From Sedimentisphaera cyanobacteriorum (lineage in GTDB: Bacteria > Planctomycetota > Phycisphaerae > Sedimentisphaerales > Sedimentisphaeraceae): 32,000 bases of DNA. Below are positions 26,075-32,000 of this stretch, piece by piece (the first letter of the stretch is position 1; each line of letters starts with the position of its first letter). The translations under genes were made by a program, and so were the position numbers. Below the pieces are notes generated by a model. The model ran no database searches and was not told the DNA's origin. It saw only the letters and a list, made by a program, of their open reading frames with translations. The DNA is taken from assembly GCF_001997385.1 (NCBI RefSeq), contig NZ_CP019633.1, forward strand, positions 2,430,001 through 2,462,000, given 5' to 3'.

Positions 26075-28308
26075 TTATCTGTTTCCTTTTTTTCAAGCCC
26101 AGAGCTGAGCCTGCTGATATTTTCTTCAATCATTTTGAATTTTTCCCTGCCTATTCTTGAAACAAGCTCTCTATCGGGATAGTTTTTCCTGAATTCCTCT
26201 CTGAACATCAGCTCAATCTTCCTTGCAGCCTTGAATTCCCTGAGTGCCTGCTGATTTTTGCCGAGCTTTTTTAGAGCAAGTGCGTAGTTCAGGTGGATTT
26301 CGCCCTTGCCCGGATATCTCATAATTGCCATCTGATAGTAGCTGAATGCATCCTCGAGATTATCTTTTTTGCCCTTGCTGATAGAATTCTTCGCCTGCAG
26401 CTCGCTTACCTCAGCCAGCCTTAAATAGGGCTTGAAGCTTGCCCTGTTCAGCATTGCCTGTTTTGTGAACATACGGTCTGCCTTTTCGAGCATTTTTTCA
26501 TTTTGTGTTTCTCTGAAATTTCTCAGATAGGCCTTGCCAGCAAGTGATGCCGGCCAGCTGCTGAGCGGGTCTGAATTTGCGAACCTGTTAATCGCAGCAT
26601 CATTCTGAAATCTTGTCTGCAGGGCTCTGGAGAAAGCGCTGTTCATTTTCCAAGCGGGCAGAGCAGCGAAGAATATCGCCCCTGCCAGAATAGCAGCGCC
26701 GGCAGAAAACAAAACCCCTTTAGAGAGCCTGCTCTTCACAGGCTCCGAGTGCTTCTGCCTGCTTATTACAACCTGAAGCCCGCAAGCCGCTGAGAATGCG
26801 AGAAAATTGCCCGTTTCGAAGATTGCAAAATCTATTGTGTTGTGAATCAGAAAGGCAGCTATCCCGCAGATAAGGCCTGTTTTCAGATAGGAAAAATTCA
26901 GCTTCTTCACGCCGTGCTTGGAGAGGAAAAACGCCCAGCCGAAGAATACAACTGCCGGAAAGATGAACATAAAAGCTGCTGCATAGCTGTTAGCCCCTGC
27001 ATTTTCGCTGTACTGCACGGGAATAAGCAGAGGACGGAGAATGAGCATAGCTAAAGCCCCAGCCCCAGCGGTTATGGCTGCCGGTTTGTAGCTCTCTGCC
27101 TGAAGCGGCTGATTATCTCCATCAATTTTGAAGCTCTTCCAGATGGGGAGAAAATATGCAGCCAGAAAAGCCCCCAGACCTAAAATTCCAAACTGGCAGG
27201 CAAGGCTGAGGATGAAGTTATGCGGGTCTGTAACAGTTTCCATAGCCTCAGGCGGCTTGAAATGCGGATAAAAGAAGCGGAAGTTATCCGCCCCGACACC
27301 CCAGATATTATCAGCAAGCATCCTGACGCCACCAAACCAGTACTGCCCGCGTACGTGCATTGACCCGCCGCCCGGGAGGGTTTGATTGAGCGCTGCGTAT
27401 GCCGCAGCTGCCAAAACTGCGCCGAACCCTCCGAGGGCAATGATCCAGAAGGCAAGAATCTTTTTTCTTCCAGAGATTTTGAAAAGCATAGCCCCGCCAA
27501 AGAGAACCAGTCCTGCAAAAAGCGCAAGAAAGCAGCCCTTGCTTGAGGCGAAAACAACCATCGAGAGTATGCACGCTGTTTGAACGCCGAGGAGCAATCG
27601 TGATTTAGTTTCGCTTTTTTCCCGAACGCTCGATAAAAACAAAGCCAGCGAAGGGAAAAAGCAGAGAAGAGCCAAAGACCCCATCGCATTGCTGTTTGTG
27701 AAAAATCCTTTAATCTCGTTTGAATAAAGCCTGTGTTCATACATAAACTCATCAAGCGAGCCGGGAGCGATAGAGAGGGCTTCAAGCTGAGCCTGCGGAT
27801 TTTCCTCGTATGCCTTGATCATATACTCATTGCTCTGGGAGAGCTGAAAGAGCCCTTCTGCAAAATTCACAGCGCACGCCCCGAACAGCACAGCAAGCAG
27901 GAGCTTGCCTGCGAGATTCCTGTCTTTGAGCTGAGTTATAAGGTGAAACAGACAAAGCCCGGAGATAAGCATTAGGCTGTGATTTACAGCAGCCCTCTTC
28001 TCCGAGGCGAAAAAGCAAAGCAAAGCTGCGATTACTGCAAAAATCAGAGCAGGAATTTCTGAGCCGTTTTTTATCCAGCCCGAGGCATTAGAGCCAAGCC
28101 TTGAGAAAAGATAAATGCAGAATGCACTGAGGCATAAAACAGTAATCAGCAGAAAGCTGAAATTTACGGAGATGTCCGTTAGAGGGTCTATTCTGTTTAA
28201 CCCGAGGGCTTCAACAGTAGTAAGCCTGACTGCGGCCATAGCAAGAAAAAATCCGCAGCAGATAAGGAGCATTAATTCACTTGTCTTTTTCTTTTTTTTC
28301 ACTGCCAT
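26071..28308 (-). CDS. Wzy_C-family (O-antigen ligase / O-oligosaccharyltransferase-like) polytopic membrane protein with C-terminal TPR repeats
   Basis: At least 10 hydrophobic segments, the Wzy_C-type block DPHNFILSLACQFGILGLGAF, and a soluble C-terminal TPR-like region (YYQMAIMRYPGKGEIHLNYALALKKLGKNQQALREF). An alternative start at ATG 28272 would remove the overlap with the upstream gene. Confidence 0.75.
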   Translation of the reverse strand: MAVKKKKKTSELMLLICCGFFLAMAAVRLTTVEALGLNRIDPLTDISVNFSFLLITVLCLSAFCIYLFSRLGSNASGWIKNGSEIPALIFAVIAALLCFFASEKRAAVNHSLMLISGLCLFHLITQLKDRNLAGKLLLAVLFGACAVNFAEGLFQLSQSNEYMIKAYEENPQAQLEALSIAPGSLDEFMYEHRLYSNEIKGFFTNSNAMGSLALLCFFPSLALFLSSVREKSETKSRLLLGVQTACILSMVVFASSKGCFLALFAGLVLFGGAMLFKISGRKKILAFWIIALGGFGAVLAAAAYAALNQTLPGGGSMHVRGQYWFGGVRMLADNIWGVGADNFRFFYPHFKPPEAMETVTDPHNFILSLACQFGILGLGAFLAAYFLPIWKSFKIDGDNQPLQAESYKPAAITAGAGALAMLILRPLLIPVQYSENAGANSYAAAFMFIFPAVVFFGWAFFLSKHGVKKLNFSYLKTGLICGIAAFLIHNTIDFAIFETGNFLAFSAACGLQVVISRQKHSEPVKSRLSKGVLFSAGAAILAGAIFFAALPAWKMNSAFSRALQTRFQNDAAINRFANSDPLSSWPASLAGKAYLRNFRETQNEKMLEKADRMFTKQAMLNRASFKPYLRLAEVSELQAKNSISKGKKDNLEDAFSYYQMAIMRYPGKGEIHLNYALALKKLGKNQQALREFKAARKIELMFREEFRKNYPDRELVSRIGREKFKMIEENISRLSSGLEKKETDK

Positions 28309-29341
28309 TTATGCCTGTGTTTTCAATTTTATTGTTTTTTTCGAGGATTGCTATTATACCAAGAATCATCAGAGTTTGAGTGAAAATTACTCCCGCCTGA
28401 ATCAGCGTTGCCCTGCTGAGAAACACAGCCCCGAGGCCAGTGCATATTGTTGCAAGATACAGCGTAAGAGCGGCCTGGGAATCGCTCAGCCCCCTTCGCT
28501 TGAGGCGGTGGGAGAAGTGCTGGGTGTCGCCGAGGAAGGGGCTTCTGCCCTGGCTTATTCGAAGAAGCGTAACGCTGATGAAATCATACAGAGGCACAGC
28601 AACCGCTATTAGCGGAACGAACACAGCAGCCCTGCTGTCTATGGCAGAGGTTTCGTTGTAGTAGGTTATGCGCAGTGTGAGAAGGGCTATCAGAAACCCT
28701 ATAACTAAAGACCCCGCATCGCCCATAAATATCTTCGCAGGCGGGAAGTTGAATATCAGAAAGCCCGAAAGTGTCCCGCAGAGGACGGCGGCAAAGATTG
28801 CGTTCTCCAGATCCCCGCTTATGTATGATGCGCTTCCCAAAACAGCGGATACAATAATCGCTATACCTGCGCTTGCCCCGTCCATATTATCGAGAAAATT
28901 GAAGGAGTTGATCAGCAGTACAATCCAGAAGATGCTCATCACTGCTGTAATAAGCCTGCTTTCGATAAAAAGCTCCACCCTGCCTCCCGCAAAAAATGCG
29001 GCCAAGCCCGCTGCAATTATCTGGAATATAAGCTTCTGCATTGGTGTAAGGCTCTTTATATCGTCTGCAAGGCCGGCGGCGAACAAAAAGACCGCCAAAA
29101 GAGAAATAATAAGCAGTTCGGGATTAAAAGCATTCGCGAGCGGGAAAAAAATCGCAAAACTGATTAGTATTGATATAATTATGGCAATCCCGCCTCCAAG
29201 GGCTATCGAATGCGGATTGTATCTGTCTTCTGACGGGATAGACCTGAAATTGTTTTTAAGAGATATATTTCTTACCAGTACGGTGAGTATTGCAGAGGAA
29301 AAAGCGGAAACCAAGAATGCGGGGATTAAAAATCTGCTCAT
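28277..29341 (-). CDS. Glycosyltransferase family 4 polyprenyl-phosphate HexNAc-1-phosphate transferase (WecA/MraY family)
   Basis: Polytopic membrane protein with the NSFNFLDNMDGASAG and IFMGDAGSL motifs of the MraY/WecA family. The track start is TTG 29347; I prefer ATG 29341. Confidence 0.82.
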   Translation of the reverse strand: MSRFLIPAFLVSAFSSAILTVLVRNISLKNNFRSIPSEDRYNPHSIALGGGIAIIISILISFAIFFPLANAFNPELLIISLLAVFLFAAGLADDIKSLTPMQKLIFQIIAAGLAAFFAGGRVELFIESRLITAVMSIFWIVLLINSFNFLDNMDGASAGIAIIVSAVLGSASYISGDLENAIFAAVLCGTLSGFLIFNFPPAKIFMGDAGSLVIGFLIALLTLRITYYNETSAIDSRAAVFVPLIAVAVPLYDFISVTLLRISQGRSPFLGDTQHFSHRLKRRGLSDSQAALTLYLATICTGLGAVFLSRATLIQAGVIFTQTLMILGIIAILEKNNKIENTGINGSEKKEKDK

Positions 29342-29511
29342 TTTCAAACCGCTAATAAATAATTAACTATTTTGACATAAACTTTTTTTCAGACTTTTGG
29401 TAAATCAGAAGGGCTGATATACAAAAATCGAACTAAGGAAAAGGGTAAAAATATTTCGCTGAATGTCAACAATCTTGCATTCAGCAGTACAATTTAGCTT
29501 AGGATATTATT

Positions 29512-31059
29512 ATGAGAAAAACAATTCTTTTTGCTGCGAGCTTATTGTTATCAGTCTCGGGATTTGCCGCTGAGAAAAGCTGCCAGAATTCCGATTCAGA
29601 AGCGAAGTACATCTTTTACTTTATTGGCGACGGTATGGCCAGCACTCAGGTTTATGCGGCTGAAGCCATGGTAGAGAACGGGCGAATTGAAGATTCGACT
29701 GGCTCTAAGATGAAAAAGCTCGCCATGAGCAATCTCGAGGCAGCCGGGTCTCACAGGAATTACGCCTCAGACAGGCTTATTACAGATTCCGCAGCAGCGG
29801 GCACTGCCATGGCCTGCGGCGAGAAAACTTCGGTAGGAACAATCTCTATGGATTCCCGGCGTGAGAGGAAGCTGCCTTTAATTACAAACGCCCTCAGGGA
29901 AAAGGGACTGAAAATTGGCATTGTTTCTAGTGTATCAATAGACCACGCAACACCCGCATGCTTCTATGCAAACCAGCCCTCGAGAAACAGCTACTGGCAC
30001 ATAGCAAACCAGCTTTCTGAGAGCGGCTTTGAGTATTTCGCAGGAGGCGGGATGAAGGGGGCGAAGGTTAGAAACGGCAAGCGCGTTTATATGCCCGGAG
30101 AAAAAAAGGCATCGCCCGAGAACAACCCAGTGGAAAAGGCGCGCAAAGCAGGCTACAGTATCGCACACAGCAAAGCAGAGCTTAAGGCAGTGAACCCGGG
30201 GGAGAAGGTTTACGCATTCGAGCCGGACACCCTTGACGGAAGTATGGCAATGCCTTACGAGATCGACAGGCCTGAAGGAGCTATGTCTATAGCGGATTAT
30301 ACAAGAGAGGGGATTCGCCTTCTGGACAATCCGAGCGGTTTTTTTCTGATGGTTGAAGGCGGAAAGATAGACTGGTCCTGCCATGCCAACGACGGCTTTA
30401 CAGCTCTCAGAGATGTGATTGCATTGGACGAGGCTGTTGGAGAGGCTGCTGAATTTATGAAAGCCCATCCGGAAGAAACGCTTATCGTTGTAACCGGAGA
30501 CCACGAAACAGGCGGAATGACTATGGGCTGGGCAGGCACCGGCTATAAAACCGCTTGCAGCAGGCTTAATTCTCAAACCGCATCATACCAGAAGTTTAAC
30601 AAAGCGTTCCTATCTGAACACAAGAGAAAAAGGCTCGAACAGACAGGCGGGAAGTGGGAAACTTCTCTTAATATGAACGCAGATATAAAGGAAGCTTTGA
30701 AGGAAGTATTCGGGCTGGCATATTCAGACCTTTCCGACTACGAAAAACAGAAGCTCGAAGATGCTTACGATGCCACAATGGGGAAAAGCAATCTGCACAG
30801 GCAGGAAGCCAGACTCCGCTACGGAGGATACAAGCCGCTCACGGTAGCGGTTACACATATGTTCAATCAGAAGGCAGGGCTCACATGGACGACATTCAGC
30901 CATACTGCAATCCCAGTTCCGATTTATGCATCCGGGGCCGGAGCAGAAAAGTTCGGCGAATATATGGACAACACCAACCTGCCCGTAAAGATTGCTGAAG
31001 CTGCGGGTATAGAAGATTTCCCTGCCGCAGAGAAAAAGATTACAAAACTGGCAAAATGA
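29512..31059 (+). CDS. phoA: Alkaline phosphatase (PhoA family), secreted
   Basis: Signal peptide, metal-site block FIGDGMA, active-site serine block TDSAAAGTAMACGEKT, and the later DHATPA, DWSCHAND and TGDHETGG blocks. Confidence 0.88.
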   Translation: MRKTILFAASLLLSVSGFAAEKSCQNSDSEAKYIFYFIGDGMASTQVYAAEAMVENGRIEDSTGSKMKKLAMSNLEAAGSHRNYASDRLITDSAAAGTAMACGEKTSVGTISMDSRRERKLPLITNALREKGLKIGIVSSVSIDHATPACFYANQPSRNSYWHIANQLSESGFEYFAGGGMKGAKVRNGKRVYMPGEKKASPENNPVEKARKAGYSIAHSKAELKAVNPGEKVYAFEPDTLDGSMAMPYEIDRPEGAMSIADYTREGIRLLDNPSGFFLMVEGGKIDWSCHANDGFTALRDVIALDEAVGEAAEFMKAHPEETLIVVTGDHETGGMTMGWAGTGYKTACSRLNSQTASYQKFNKAFLSEHKRKRLEQTGGKWETSLNMNADIKEALKEVFGLAYSDLSDYEKQKLEDAYDATMGKSNLHRQEARLRYGGYKPLTVAVTHMFNQKAGLTWTTFSHTAIPVPIYASGAGAEKFGEYMDNTNLPVKIAEAAGIEDFPAAEKKITKLAK

Positions 31060-31106
31060 TTCGCAGAAAGGTTTCCAGCCACTGAAATATCGGCATATAA
31101 AGGCCT

Positions 31107-32000
31107 TTACGGGCGGTATCTGTTGCGGTAATCGGCAGGATTCAGCCCCTTTACTGAGCGGAAAAAGGAGGCGATATGGTCTGAGCTTCCGAAACCCAGC
31201 ATTTTTGAGATCTGAGTTATGTTCATATCCGAGTAGAGAAGGAGCTTTTCAATCTCGCCGACGCGTACATTTTTTATGTATCGGTATATGCTTGTTCCAA
31301 GATACAAATTAAACTTCATATAGAGGCTTCTCTTTGAAACAGCTGCAGCCTGAACAACATCGCAGACCTGCACAGGCCTCATTTTGTTATCCAGAATAAA
31401 CCGAACTGCCAATGAAACGTCCGGATCGGGCACAGCAACCGCATCTGAAGAGGTTCTCTCCACTACCTTCATCGGCTCTATGATAATCGTTTTGGGATTT
31501 CTGTTTTCCGATTTGATCATATTGTCGAGGTGTCCGGCGGCCTCGAAGCCCGCCTTTTCCAGGGAAAGAGAAATGCTGGAGAGCTGAGGGTATGCGAGTT
31601 TGCAGATAAATTCATCATTATCAACTCCAAGCACAGCAATCTCGCTTGGAATTGTAATCCGTTCCTGCCTGCAGAGCGAAATAATCTGACTCGCCCTGTC
31701 GTCGTTGCACGCCATTACTGCAGCGGGCTTTTTGAGCTTGCGGAGCCAGTCTGCCAGGAAAAACTGCTCATTGTCCCAAAGCCGGCCGTCCTCGTCCTGA
31801 GGCTGAACGTAGTAAATCACCTCGCATCCGCTTGAAGCGGCCTTCGCCCTGAATCCTTCAAATCGTCTCTGAGACCAGTACATTCCGTCGAAGCCGGCAA
31901 AAGCCAGCCTTTTATGCCCTTTGCTAATAAAGTGTTCAGCTGCCATAACTCCGATTTGATAGTCATCTGTGAGAATAACAGACTTTCCCTCCTTGCCGCC
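31107..32000 (-). CDS. XylR-like regulator: periplasmic-binding-protein (LacI-type) sensor domain fused to a C-terminal AraC-type HTH; N-terminus lies outside the window
   Basis: C-terminal AraC HTH (SLYMKFNLYLGTSIYRYIKNVRVGEIEKLLLYSDMNITQISKMLGFGSSDHIASFFRSVKGLNPADYR). The upstream sugar-binding-like part includes AVMACNDDRASQII. My translation upstream of the track ATG (GGKEGKSVILTDDYQIGV-MAAEHF) stays open to position 32000. Confidence 0.8.
   Translation of the reverse strand, partial: GGKEGKSVILTDDYQIGVMAAEHFISKGHKRLAFAGFDGMYWSQRRFEGFRAKAASSGCEVIYYVQPQDEDGRLWDNEQFFLADWLRKLKKPAAVMACNDDRASQIISLCRQERITIPSEIAVLGVDNDEFICKLAYPQLSSISLSLEKAGFEAAGHLDNMIKSENRNPKTIIIEPMKVVERTSSDAVAVPDPDVSLAVRFILDNKMRPVQVCDVVQAAAVSKRSLYMKFNLYLGTSIYRYIKNVRVGEIEKLLLYSDMNITQISKMLGFGSSDHIASFFRSVKGLNPADYRNRYRP

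Noticed and set aside
1-32000. tRNA, rRNA, prophage or integron content
   Set aside because: I scanned both strands by eye for tRNA T-arm/D-arm consensus and rRNA-like conserved blocks, and scanned the ORF track for integrase or phage structural genes. None were found. A visual scan can miss divergent tRNAs, so tRNAscan-SE or Infernal would be the definitive check.

Overview
Chromosomal segment from a bacterium I cannot place confidently. Gene content is compatible with a PVC-group or Planctomycetota-like organism, at low confidence. Hand-sampled GC is about 50 percent or higher in the housekeeping genes. Most of the window is housekeeping: dnaG-rpoD (minus); a miaA-nadD-rsfS-argS-arsC run (minus); ispA-dxs-pgsA (plus); serS-comEC (plus); a tightly packed minus-strand run of WecA-like, Wzy_C-TPR, PNGase F-like, short UvrC, flavoprotein disulfide reductase and gamma-CA-like genes; then a PhoA-type alkaline phosphatase and a window-truncated XylR-like regulator. 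Two accessory patches interrupt this. (i) 3.4-7.64 kb holds an intact IS1634-family insertion sequence, a secreted alpha/beta-hydrolase and a decayed IS4-like transposase stub. It also holds four to five copies of a 14-nt motif, AGGGGACAGTTACC, that behave like IS/MITE termini, and a GC-rich, stem-rich non-coding island of about 165 nt. (ii) 15.5-17.5 kb is an AT-richer two-gene cassette: an ABC/AAA-type ATPase translationally coupled to a DUF4276 (TOPRIM-like) protein. It has its own extended -10 promoter and terminator and is wedged between pgsA and serS. This cassette has the architecture of OLD/PARIS/AbiL-type anti-phage modules and is my best candidate for the system of interest. Its ATPase carries one in-frame TAG. 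I found no rRNA, tRNA or CRISPR array. The ORF track uses TTG/GTG as starts, so I moved several starts to a nearby ATG where the sequence supports it.
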